Shown here piece by piece: positions 16,272 to 26,700 of a stretch of 64,000 nt of DNA. The notes beneath the pieces were generated by a model. That model did no database searches. It was not told the DNA's origin and saw nothing but the letters and a program-made list of their open reading frames with translations. The DNA is from an uncultured Gemmatimonadaceae bacterium (GTDB lineage: Bacteria; Gemmatimonadota; Gemmatimonadetes; Gemmatimonadales; Gemmatimonadaceae). The stretch is taken from contig CAWGJO010000020.1 in NCBI GenBank assembly GCA_963822945.1, positions 352,001 to 416,000 on the forward strand, given 5' to 3'. The translations under genes were made by a program, and so were the position numbers. Position 1 is the stretch's first letter. Each line of letters starts with the position of its first letter.

Positions 16272-18163
16272 CCACTTTCCCCCGCATGATCGGCGACGTC
16301 GACCTGTATCTGTTCAACGAGGGCACGCACCGCCGCCTGTGGGACGTGCTCGGGGCGCACACGCGCACGCTCGACGGCGTGCGCGGCACCGCGTTCGCGG
16401 TGTGGGCGCCCAACGCCGAGCGGGTGAGCGTGGTGGGCGACTTCTGCGAGTGGAACGGCGACCGGCACGTGATGCGGCCCATTGAATCGTCGGGCATCCA
16501 CGAGATCTTCGTGCCGGGCGTCGAACCCGGCGCCCTGTACAAGTACGAGATCCGGACGCGCGAGGGCCACCTGCTGCTCAAGACCGACCCGATGGCGCAG
16601 GCCTTCGAACTGCCGCCGGGCACGGCCTCACGGGTCTATCGAATCCACGTTCACCTGGGACGACGGCGCCTGGATGAGCGCCCGCCGGCACGCGGCGCAC
16701 GCCCGCGCTCCGATGCACACCTACGAGGTGCATCTCGGTTCGTGGCGCCGCATGCCCGAGGACGGCAACCGCTGGCTGAGCTACCGTGAACTCGCGCCCA
16801 GGCTCGTGGAGCACGCCCAGCGGTTCGGGTTCACACACCTGGAGTTGATGCCGGTGGCCGAGCACCCGTTCACGGGCTCCTGGGGCTACCAGGTGACCGG
16901 CTATTACGCGCCCACGGCGCGCTACGGCGCACCCGACGACTTTCGCTTCTTCGTGGACTACTGCCACCGCCACGGCATCGGCGTGATCGTCGACTGGGTG
17001 CCCGCCCATTTCCCAAGGACGCCTTCGCGCTGGCGCGCTTCGACGGTACGGCGCTCTACGAACACGTCGATCCACGGCTCGGCGAGCACCCGGACTGGGG
17101 AACGCTCGTCTTCAACTTCGGCCGCCACGAAGTTCGCAACTTCCTCGTCGCCAACGCCCTCTACTGGCTCGACGAATTCCACGTGGACGGCCTGCGCGTG
17201 GACGCCGTCGCGTCGATGCTCTACCTGGACTACAGCCGGCAGCCGGGCGAGTGGGTGCCCAACGTCCACGGCGGGCGCGAGAACCTCGAGGCCATCGACT
17301 TCCTGCGCGCGATGAACGATGCGGTGCGCGAGAAGTACCCCGGCTGCCTGACGATCGCCGAGGAGAGCACGGCGTGGCCCGGCGTCACCCGCAGCACCGC
17401 CGAGGGCGGATTGGGGTTCAGCTTCAAGTGGAACATGGGCTGGATGCACGACACGCTGGAGTACCTGCGCCACGACCCCGTGCACCGCCGGTTTCACCAG
17501 GACGAACTCAGCTTCGCGATGGTGTACGAGTACTCCGAGCGATTCGTGATGCCGCTGTCGCACGACGAGGTCGTGCACGGCAAGGGCTCGCTGTACAACA
17601 AGATGCCCGGCGACCCGTGGCAGAAGCTGGCCAACCTGCGACTCCTGCTGGCCTACCAGTGCACGCGTCCCGGCAAGCAGCTCGTGTTCATGGGCACCGA
17701 GCTGGCCCAGGAGCGGGAGTGGAACCACGACACCAGCCTCGACTGGCATCTGGCCGACGATCCGGATCGCGCCGCCTTCGGCCGGTTCCTGGCGCGGCTC
17801 GGGCATCTGTACGCCGATACACCGGCCCTCTGGCAGCGCGATCCCGATCCGGAAGGGTTCGCCTGGATCGACGCCGCGGATCGTGAGAATTCGGTATTCG
17901 CGTTCGTTCGCCTGAACGGCGACGATCACCGCGTGATCGTGCTCAACTGCACGCCGGTCCCGCGCCACGACTACCGCATCGGCGCGCCCGTGGCGGGACG
18001 CTATCGCGTGGAGCTCAACAGTGACGCCGGAGACTTCGGGGGAAGCGGCGCCGGTTCGTTCGAGCCGGTCGAGACCGAACCGACCCCCTGCCATGGCCGT
18101 GCGCAGTCGATGCGGCTGGTACTACCCCCGCTCGGCGTGCTGATTCTGGCCCCGGCGCCCTAG
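16268..18163 (+). CDS. glgB: 1,4-alpha-glucan branching enzyme; frameshifts near 16640 and 17013
   Basis: ATGA overlap; [57 protein letters not shown]. Confidence 0.94.
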
Positions 18164-18164
18164 C

Positions 18165-20300
18165 GTGGCCGAACCCTCGGCCCTCGAAGCGCTCGCCCGC
18201 CGCATGGGCGTGCTCGACGCGTACCGCGACATTCACGGAACCGAACGCCTCACCACCGACGACACCCGCGCCGCACTGCTGCGCGCCATGGGCCTGCCGG
18301 TGGACCATGAGGCCGACGCCCGACGTGAACTGGCCCGACTCGACACCGAGCGCGCGGACCAACTGCTCGAGCCGGTGGCGGTCGTCCACGCGCACGCCTG
18401 GCAGCTGCCGCCGCTTCCCGTCGCCGAGGGAACCGAGTGGACGGCGGAACTGGCGCTCGAAGACGGCTCGCACCACACGATGCACGGCGTGACGTCGGCC
18501 TCCGCCGTACCGCCGACGAGTCCCGCACCGCTGCCGCTGGGGTATCACGATCTGCGCGTGTCAGCCAACGAGAGGGGACGCGCCCGCGAAGCCCGCCAGC
18601 TATTGATCGTCGCACCCGCGCAATGCACGACCGTCGAGCAGCGGCTCGGCGGGCGCCGCGCCGTGGGCGTCCTCGCCAACCTCTACTCCGTGCGAAGCGC
18701 CCACAACTGGGGATGCGGTGACGTGGGCGATCTCCGGCAGCTGGCCGGTTGGGTGGCGCAGGCGGGCGGGGCGTTCGTGGGCATCAACCCGCTGCACGCG
18801 CTGGAGAACCACGGAACGGCGGTGAGTCCCTACTCGCCGGTGAGCCGGCTGTTCGGCAATCCCATCTACCTCGACGTGGCCGCGCTGCCGGAAGTAGCCG
18901 AATCGCCGGAGGCAGCGGCGCTGCTCGCCGACGCCGACTTCACCGCCGCCCGCGACGCATTGCGCGCCCAGCCCCTCGTGGACTACGAAGGCGTGATGCG
19001 GCTCAAGCGCCGCGTGCTGGAACCGCTGCACCGTGCCTTCGCGCGCCTGCACCGCGATCGGGATACGCCGCGTGGGCGAGCCTACCGGCGGTACCGGGAG
19101 GCGCAGGGCGAGACCCTCGATCGCTTTGCCGTGTTCTGCGCCCTCGCCGAATACCTGTCCGGCGCGGACGGCGACGAGACGGGATTCGATTGGCACACGT
19201 GGCCGGCCCCGTTGCGCGACCCCGGCTCCCCCGCCGTGGCGGAGTTCGCGCGTGCGCACGACGCATCGGTGGACTTCCACCGCTATCTGCAGTTCGCGCT
19301 CGATGCGCAGCTCGCCTCGGCGGGCGATGGACTGGCCCTTGGCGTGTACCGCGACCTGGCCGTGGGATCGGCCCCGGACGGATGCGATACGTGGGCCTGG
19401 CCGTCGCTGTTCGCGCAGGGCGCCACCGTCGGCGCGCCTCCCGACGATTTCGCCGCCGGCGGGCAGAACTGGGGGCTGCCGCCCATCGCGCCGCGCGCAC
19501 TGCGCGAGGACCGATACCACTACTGGATCCGACTCCTGCGCGCCGCATTCGCGCACGGAGGCGCCCTGCGCATCGACCATGTGATGGGACTGTTCCGTCA
19601 GTACTGGGTGCCCGCCGGCATGTCGGCGCAGCAGGGCGCCTACGTCCGGTATCCCGCCGAGGAGTTGCTGCACATCACCGCGCTGGAGAGCCATCGCCAC
19701 AACGCGGTGGTGGTCGGAGAGAATCTGGGCACCGTGCCGCCGGAAGTGGGGCCGGCCCTCGACGAACACGGCATCCTGTCGTCGGCGGTCGTGTACTTCG
19801 AGCGCGACGCGAGCGGCGGATTCCTGCCCGCGGCAGGGTATCCGGCGCATTCGCTGGTGAGCGTCGGCACGCACGATCACGTGCCGCTGGCTGGATTCCT
19901 CAGCGGGCGCGACCTCGAGATCCATCGGAGCCTGGGGTTCCTGGCCGGCGACGAGACGCATGCACGCGCCGTCGCGGAGCGCGACCATGCGCGCCAGGCC
20001 CTCCTGGAGCGACTCGAAGCCGAGGGTGTGGCGCCAGCCGGGCATGCCGGGAATGCCGACGTCGTGACCGCCGCCCACGCGTTTCTGGGACGCACGCCGG
20101 CGACGATGGTGGGCGTGGCGCTGGACGATCTGGGACTGGAGACGGATCCCGTGAACGTGCCCGGCACCAACAACGCGCACTATCCGAATTGGCGGCGCAA
20201 GATGCGGCGATCGCTCGACGAGATCGAGACGCCCGAAGCCGCCGACTCGTTGCGCGCCGCGCGCGGAACGCCCGCGCCTAGAACGCCACCATCTGCGTGA
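18165..20300 (+). CDS. malQ: 4-alpha-glucanotransferase (amylomaltase, GH77)
   Basis: SPYSPVSR, YRDLAVG, GAPPD, GQNWGLPP, LRIDHVMGL, GENLG, THD, NVPGT motifs. Confidence 0.95.
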   Translation: MAEPSALEALARRMGVLDAYRDIHGTERLTTDDTRAALLRAMGLPVDHEADARRELARLDTERADQLLEPVAVVHAHAWQLPPLPVAEGTEWTAELALEDGSHHTMHGVTSASAVPPTSPAPLPLGYHDLRVSANERGRAREARQLLIVAPAQCTTVEQRLGGRRAVGVLANLYSVRSAHNWGCGDVGDLRQLAGWVAQAGGAFVGINPLHALENHGTAVSPYSPVSRLFGNPIYLDVAALPEVAESPEAAALLADADFTAARDALRAQPLVDYEGVMRLKRRVLEPLHRAFARLHRDRDTPRGRAYRRYREAQGETLDRFAVFCALAEYLSGADGDETGFDWHTWPAPLRDPGSPAVAEFARAHDASVDFHRYLQFALDAQLASAGDGLALGVYRDLAVGSAPDGCDTWAWPSLFAQGATVGAPPDDFAAGGQNWGLPPIAPRALREDRYHYWIRLLRAAFAHGGALRIDHVMGLFRQYWVPAGMSAQQGAYVRYPAEELLHITALESHRHNAVVVGENLGTVPPEVGPALDEHGILSSAVVYFERDASGGFLPAAGYPAHSLVSVGTHDHVPLAGFLSGRDLEIHRSLGFLAGDETHARAVAERDHARQALLERLEAEGVAPAGHAGNADVVTAAHAFLGRTPATMVGVALDDLGLETDPVNVPGTNNAHYPNWRRKMRRSLDEIETPEAADSLRAARGTPAPRTPPSA

Positions 20301-22542
20301 CCTTCACGATCAGGCTCTCGCCGGGCAGGCCGGAACTGAGCGCGGGATCGATGGTGGCGAAGGGACCGGGCGCGCGGCCATCGGGCGTGAGGAAGCGCTG
20401 CTCGTTGAACACGATGAACAGGTCGCTCAACGGGTGGTGGATCACGTTGAAGCGGACGTTGGCGTTCAGGCGGTGCGAGCCCGCGTCGTACTGCGAGAGC
20501 GCGTCGAGAAATTGCGTGGTCGAAAACGAATAGTTCCCGCGGAACGTCACCAGGTCGGCCACGAAGTGAGTGGGGCCGGCCACCTGTAGATGCGCGTCGG
20601 TACGCTGGCCGCCGAGCTCTAGCTTGAGATGGTACGACGGACGCAGCGTCACGGTACCGCTCACCGTGCGTTGGCGCCCGTTCCAGAGCCCGCCGGCGAT
20701 GCCGCTGAAACTGAGCGAGAGCGCCCGGCTCGGGTCGGTCTGGCCCTTCAACTGCCATTCGGTCCACGCATAGCCGCCCGCCGGAAGCGAATCGATGGTC
20801 GGATTGATGGTGAACCCCGAGGTGAGCCGTTCGAACCGTGGATTCACCGACAGTTCGACGTACCCGCCGTCGTTGAGGAAGAAGGTGTAGCCGGAGTGCA
20901 GGTTCTTGGCGAGGATGTGTCCCTGCAGGTCCTCGTAGTAGCTCCACGTGACGTGTGGGTGCATTTCCCGCACGCCGTGCGCGGCCAGCCACCGCGTCCG
21001 CGGCCGGAGGCCGGTTTCCAGGATCCATTTGCGGTCGTTGGTGCGGCGATAGTAGCCGAGATCGTCGCGGAACCCGTCGCCGATCTGCATCAGGCCCGCC
21101 TTGAGATGCGCCTGATCGCCGTCGTAGTTGACCGTCGACCGCGCCGCATACTGCCCGCCGTGGACGCCCGGCGTCGCGGTGCCGACCAGGTACGAGTTCC
21201 AGTCCACGGCGCCCAGGAACCGGAAGTTCGCATCGCCGCCGAATACTCGGTTCCAGCTGTGCGTGGAGTCCTGCGACTGCCGGTTCATGAGAATGACGCC
21301 GACGTCCGATCCCTCGTAGAGATCGCGCCGGAGCCGCAGCACCCCGTACGACGTGGCGGGGGTGGTCGCGGTGGCCGACGTGGTCATGGCGAGCGCGCCG
21401 ACGTCCAGTCCGGCCGCCGACCCGGTGAGGCGCAACCCGCCCGGCACGCTGATCGTGCGGCCGTCGGGGGTGAGGCCGATGCGCCGGCTGAAGAAGAGCA
21501 CGAGGTCCTCGTCCGACGTGACCGGCGTGGACACCCGGTTGTTGCGGGCCGCGTCACCGACGTAGAAGGTGCCGGAATTCTCGAGGAAGAACTCGCGCTT
21601 CTCGGGAAAGAACTGGCTGAACTGGGTGAGGTTCACCTGCTGCTCGTCGGCCTCGGCCTGGGCGAAATCGGGATTCACCGTTCCGTCCAGCGTCAGATGC
21701 GACGTGATGCCGTACTTGAGGTCCACCCCCACGTCGCCCGTGCGGTCGAACGTCCGGCCGCCCGTCTCGCGCACCGTGCGCGCGGCGACGTACGGCTTCA
21801 CGCGCAGGTCGCGCGTGGCGTGCGCCGTGGACAGGCCGTCGAGTTCGCCGGCCAGCGACACGCGCGTGAGCCCGTACGATCGGGGCACCGGCGCCCAGAA
21901 GTCGATCTCGTTCTTGCGCCGGATGCGGCGGCTGAAGTTGATGCCCCACCGCTGCGGCCCCGTGGTAGCGAAGCGGATGGCCGTGAAGGGTATCGCGATC
22001 TCGGCGGTCCACCCGTCGGCCACGCGGCGCGTCTTCACACGCCAGACCGCATCCCAACTGGTGTTGACCTCGCGCCCCTCGTTGGCCACCTGGCGGTCGG
22101 CCTTGGCGCCGGCCACGTTCGTGATGAAGATGTAACCGTTGCGCTGGTCGTCGAAGGTGTCGAGCAGCACTTCGAAGTCGTCCTGGCCCGTCTCGTCGAA
22201 GTCCTTGCGGATGTCGTTCACGATCAGCCCCGAGGGATCGCGATCGTGCATGTACGCGGCGATGTAGATGTTGTCGGCGTCGTAGGCAACGCGGACTTCC
22301 GTGCGTTCGGTGGCCGGCTGTCCCTCGTGCGGCTCCGACTGCACAAACCCGGACGCCACGCGCGCCCGGCTCCAGACGGCGTCGTCCAGACGACCGTCGA
22401 TCACCGGCGCCTGGGCCGCGCTCACGGCCACCACGGCGCGTGGGGCGGGATCGGCGGGGACCGCAGTGTCGCGCACGGTGGCCGGGCGCGGAACGGTGGA
22501 CAACATGACGGTGAACGTCGCGGCGGCGGCGATGGCGAGCAT
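20278..22542 (-). CDS. Secreted/outer-membrane protein with N-terminal CBM9-like domain and DUF5916 beta-barrel-like region
   Basis: Signal peptide; PVIDGRLDDAVW, TEVRVAYD, GWTAEIAIPF (CBM9_1-like); TVNPDFAQAEAD, FFPEKREFFLE, FFSRRIG (DUF5916); C-terminal Phe. Confidence 0.88.
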   Translation of the reverse strand: MLAIAAAATFTVMLSTVPRPATVRDTAVPADPAPRAVVAVSAAQAPVIDGRLDDAVWSRARVASGFVQSEPHEGQPATERTEVRVAYDADNIYIAAYMHDRDPSGLIVNDIRKDFDETGQDDFEVLLDTFDDQRNGYIFITNVAGAKADRQVANEGREVNTSWDAVWRVKTRRVADGWTAEIAIPFTAIRFATTGPQRWGINFSRRIRRKNEIDFWAPVPRSYGLTRVSLAGELDGLSTAHATRDLRVKPYVAARTVRETGGRTFDRTGDVGVDLKYGITSHLTLDGTVNPDFAQAEADEQQVNLTQFSQFFPEKREFFLENSGTFYVGDAARNNRVSTPVTSDEDLVLFFSRRIGLTPDGRTISVPGGLRLTGSAAGLDVGALAMTTSATATTPATSYGVLRLRRDLYEGSDVGVILMNRQSQDSTHSWNRVFGGDANFRFLGAVDWNSYLVGTATPGVHGGQYAARSTVNYDGDQAHLKAGLMQIGDGFRDDLGYYRRTNDRKWILETGLRPRTRWLAAHGVREMHPHVTWSYYEDLQGHILAKNLHSGYTFFLNDGGYVELSVNPRFERLTSGFTINPTIDSLPAGGYAWTEWQLKGQTDPSRALSLSFSGIAGGLWNGRQRTVSGTVTLRPSYHLKLELGGQRTDAHLQVAGPTHFVADLVTFRGNYSFSTTQFLDALSQYDAGSHRLNANVRFNVIHHPLSDLFIVFNEQRFLTPDGRAPGPFATIDPALSSGLPGESLIVKVTQMVAF

Positions 22543-22694
22543 GGGGCAGTGGCGAATGGGAGAACCGGCGAGGCAGGCGCACGGGACAGGGAGGCCGCGG
22601 CGTGGCCGGTGAGCCAAATTAACAAGGGGTCCCGGGCAATCGCGAGTCGCCCGCCGAAGCCAGCATCCCCGATGCTCCCCGCGTACTACGTGAC

Positions 22695-23216
22695 ATGACT
22701 CCCCGTCCGCGATCCCGCCGGCGCGCGCGCCCCACCCTGGGCCAGTGGGCGATGCTCGCCATTCTGGTGTTCCTGGTGGTCGTGGTGAAGTTGCAGGACA
22801 CGACGCACGCGGTGATCGTGGCCCGGCACACCACGGCGCTCTGGGTGTCGGTGCTCGGCGCACTGGCGGGCGTGATCATACTGCGGTCGGGCTGGGCCGC
22901 CAGCACGCTGCGCTCCGAGAAGCAGCTCGAGTTCGGCACCCTGCAGAACAACTATTACCAGCCGCGCCGAGAGCTGCTGGTGCAGGGGGGCGCGGTGGTG
23001 GGCGGTCTGGCCGGCGCGCTCTGGTGGGGCGTGCAGTCGTGGGTCCTGTTGTTCGCGGGCATGCGACGGCAGCAGGCCACGCGCGGGCTGTGGGACTTCG
23101 AAGTGTCGGTGCTGGTGGGGGCGCTTGCGTGGGGCGTGGTGGGCGCCACATTGGGCCACGTCACCGGCCACCTGTGGGAACAGTGGCATCGAAAGCGGCG
23201 GAGGAAGAGACGATGA
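22695..23216 (+). CDS. Hypothetical membrane protein (4 TM, basic termini)
   Basis: Four hydrophobic segments; ATGA coupling to the downstream DinB gene. Confidence 0.75.
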   Translation: MTPRPRSRRRARPTLGQWAMLAILVFLVVVVKLQDTTHAVIVARHTTALWVSVLGALAGVIILRSGWAASTLRSEKQLEFGTLQNNYYQPRRELLVQGGAVVGGLAGALWWGVQSWVLLFAGMRRQQATRGLWDFEVSVLVGALAWGVVGATLGHVTGHLWEQWHRKRRRKRR

Positions 23217-23686
23217 CTGACCGTAAACTGCGCGAATTTCTGGCCGGCATGCTCGACTGGCAGCAGGCGCACGCCAGCTTCGACAGCGCGATTGCCGGTT
23301 TGCCGGCCGCGCTCCGCGGCAAACGCCCCGCCGGCGCGCCGCATTCGGTGTGGGAACTGGTGGAGCACATCCGCCTGGCGCAACGCGACATCCTGGACTT
23401 CTGCGTCAATCCGGAGTACGAAGAGCAGAATTGGCCCGCGGACTACTGGCCGGAAACGCCGGCCCCGTCCTCGGCCAGGGCGTGGAACGCGAGCATCTCC
23501 GGGTACCACGCGGACCTCGCGGAGCTGCAGCGCCTGGTGCGCGACCCCGAGTTCGACCTGTGGGCCACGGTGCCGTGGGGAAACGGGCAGACGCACATCC
23601 GGGAAATCGTGCTCGTGTTCGACCACGCGGCGTACCACGTGGGGCAGATCGTGCTCGTGAGGCGTCTGCTCGAGGCCTGGAAATAG
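23213..23686 (+). CDS. DinB/YfiT family protein
   Basis: GAGGA SD; HSVWELVEHI and DHAAYHVGQI metal-binding His triad. Confidence 0.9.
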   Translation: MTDRKLREFLAGMLDWQQAHASFDSAIAGLPAALRGKRPAGAPHSVWELVEHIRLAQRDILDFCVNPEYEEQNWPADYWPETPAPSSARAWNASISGYHADLAELQRLVRDPEFDLWATVPWGNGQTHIREIVLVFDHAAYHVGQIVLVRRLLEAWK

Positions 23687-23740
23687 CCTTCCGGCGGGCC
23701 GCGGCTGGTGAGCCGTGCGTCCCATCGTCATCTTCCGCGC

Positions 23741-26700
23741 ATGTCGATGCGCACCTTCCGCCGCTCCGCGGCCTGTCTCGCGCTGGCCGCCCTCGGCGCC
23801 GCGCCCACCGTCCTCGCCCAGCAACCGGCCGCCGATGGCCGGATCTGCGACCGCCCTATCGTTCCCTGGCTCCTGATCGGGCCGTTCCCCGCGGATACCG
23901 GGGCCATGCGCCTGGACAAGCAGGACGTCGGCGACCCGGCCGCGCTCCAGGCCCGCGCTGGTGAACGCGCAGCCGGCCACGTCTGGCAGCCGGTGGCCAT
24001 GGACGAACTCGGCCAGTTCGACTTCTTCAAGGCCTTTCCGGCCACGACGCTCGACAACATGGCGGCCTACGCCGAAACGTATCTGGCGAGCCCCGGCGAC
24101 CGCACGGTCCGCATCGGCGTGGAGAGCGACGACGATGTGATCGTGTGGCTCAACGGCGCCGTGCTGGAGCACCACGACGTGGCGCGCGGAGTGGGCACGG
24201 CCACCGACACGCTCACCCTGCACCTGCACCGTGGCGTGAACCGCCTGGTGTACAAGGTGGTGAATCGCGGCGGCGGCATGGGCATGGGCGCGCGTTTCCT
24301 GTCCGACAGTCCGGACCCGGTGGGTGACATCGTCGCGTCGGACTCCCCCGATGTGGCAACGCCCGCCGCGGCGACGGCCTCGCGCTTCCGCGTGGGTCCC
24401 GTGGCCGCGCCGAGCATGGCGCGGCTGGTGGACGACGGCGGCCACGCCTCGCTCACCGTGCCGCTGCTCGTCTGCGCGGAGCGCGGCGCCGCAGCGGAGG
24501 CGGAGGGCGTGTTCGCACTTGGCGGCACGAGCACGCGCGCGTTGATCGCGGCGGGCGGCTCGCACCCCGCCGTCACGCTCGTCGCCCCGTGGGGCGACCT
24601 GGTGCGCGGCGCGCTCGATGGCGGGGCCCGCGTGTCGGCGGCCGTGTTCGCGCCCGACTCCGTGGGCGACGTGACGAACGCGCCGGCGGACCGGCGCGGC
24701 AGCGCCGAAGTCCCCGTGTCGCCGGCCGCCCTGCTCGGTATGTTGGCCCGTCCGATCCAGGTGGGTCTCTGGAAGCAGGCCGCCCTGCCCACGAGCGCGC
24801 CCCTCACATCCGCCGACTGGGCGCCCCTCGACACGGTGCTCGCCGACTCGAGCGCCCGCCGCCACCTGGCGGCCATCGGCTTCGCCATGACGGTACCCGC
24901 CGAGTTGGGCGGCCTCACGCTGCAGCTCCACGCCGGCGAGTTCCTGCCGCAGGCGACGTTCACCGTGAACGGCATGCCGGTGCTGGCCGATACGCTGGGC
25001 CGCATCACGCTCTGCGCCCCATGCACGGCGGGAAGCGGCGTGCAGTTCGTGCTCCATCCCAACGGCGCGTACTGGTGGGACCCGCCGGTGCTGCGCGTGG
25101 CGGACCTGGGCTGGCACGAGATCCACGACGGCGCGCAGTGGGCGCGGTTCTTCACGCGCGACAGCACGCTGCCCGTGCCGGGCGACAGCGTGGCGCGCGC
25201 CCTCGCCGCCGCGGCGCTCGCGCCCGACAAGGCGCAGTACCACGGCATCATCGGACACTGGACCCAGTTGCTGGCGCCGGCGGTGGCCAAGGTTCGTCGC
25301 GATACCATCGACGTGGTGGGCAATTCGCACATCGACGCCGCGTGGCTGTGGCGCTGGCGCGAGACGCAGGACGTGATCGACCGGACGTGGGCGACGGCCA
25401 CCAAGCTGATGGCCAAGTATCCCGACATGCACTTTGCCGCCTCGGCGGCGGTGTACTACGAGTCGCTGGCCAAACAGCGGCCCGACGTCCTGGCGCGCAT
25501 CAAGGAGCTCGACCGCGAGGGACGCTGGAACGTGGTCGGCGGCTGGTGGCTCGAGCCGGACGTCAACATGCCGTCCGGCGAGTCGCTCGTGCGTCAGGGG
25601 CTGTACGGGCAGCGCACGTTCATCAAGATGTTCGGGCATCCGGCGCGCGTGGGGTGGATTCCCGACACCTTCGGATATCCCTGGTCGCTGCCGCAGATCT
25701 TCCTCAAGAGCGGCATGGATTTCTTCGTCACGCAGAAGCTGCGCTGGAACGACACGGACAAGTGGCCGGCCCGGCTCAACCAGTTCTACTGGGAAGGACC
25801 GGACGGCTCGAAGATCTTCTCGTACATCCCGTATGGGTACGACAGCGATCTCGACCCGCACACGCTGGCCACGCAGGAACGGACGACGGTGGACTCGAGC
25901 GCCGTGCCGCGCATGATGACGCTGTACGGCGTGGGCGACCATGGCGGCGGTCCGACCATGCAGATGCTCGAGCGCTCGCACGACCTGAAGCGCATTCCGG
26001 CGTTCCCGGTGATCCGCGACGACAGCCCCACCGACGCCCTTACGAAGATGCGGGCGGCCTTCCCCGCCGACGGGCCGGTGGTACGCGACGAGTTGTATCT
26101 GGAATACCATCGCGGCGTGTTCACCACGCAGGCCGAGATGAAGTGGTGGAACCGCCACATGGAGGGTCTGCTCGACGCCGCCGAAGCAGCCGCGACCGTG
26201 TCCCCCGCGCCCTACCCGCACGACGCGCTCACCACGGCGTGGGAGACGACGCTGTTCAACCAGTTCCACGATCTGCTCGCCGGATCCGGTATCGACTCCA
26301 TCTACATGGATGCCAGCAACGACTACCGGGAGGCGAACGCCCTCGCCGAGGGCGCGCTGGCCACGTCGTTGCGTGCATTGGCCGCGCCCCTCGACACCAG
26401 GCCACTCCGCAGCACCGACGTGCCGATGGTGGCGTTCAACCCGAGCGGGGTGGCACGCTCCGGCGTGGTGCGCTTCGAACCGCCGGCCGGCGGAGACGGC
26501 GCCGACTCCGCGGGAGCGTGGACGGCCATCGACGCCCGCGGCCGTGTGCTGCCGAGCGAGCCCGGCGATTCGGGCCGCATCAAGGTCCGCGTGGGCCCGG
26601 TGCCGGCACTCGGCGCCAGCGTGTTCTTCATGCGCCCGTCGCGCCTGCGCGCGCCGAGCACGGTGCCTGGATGGACGCTGGAGAACCGGTTCCTGCGCGT

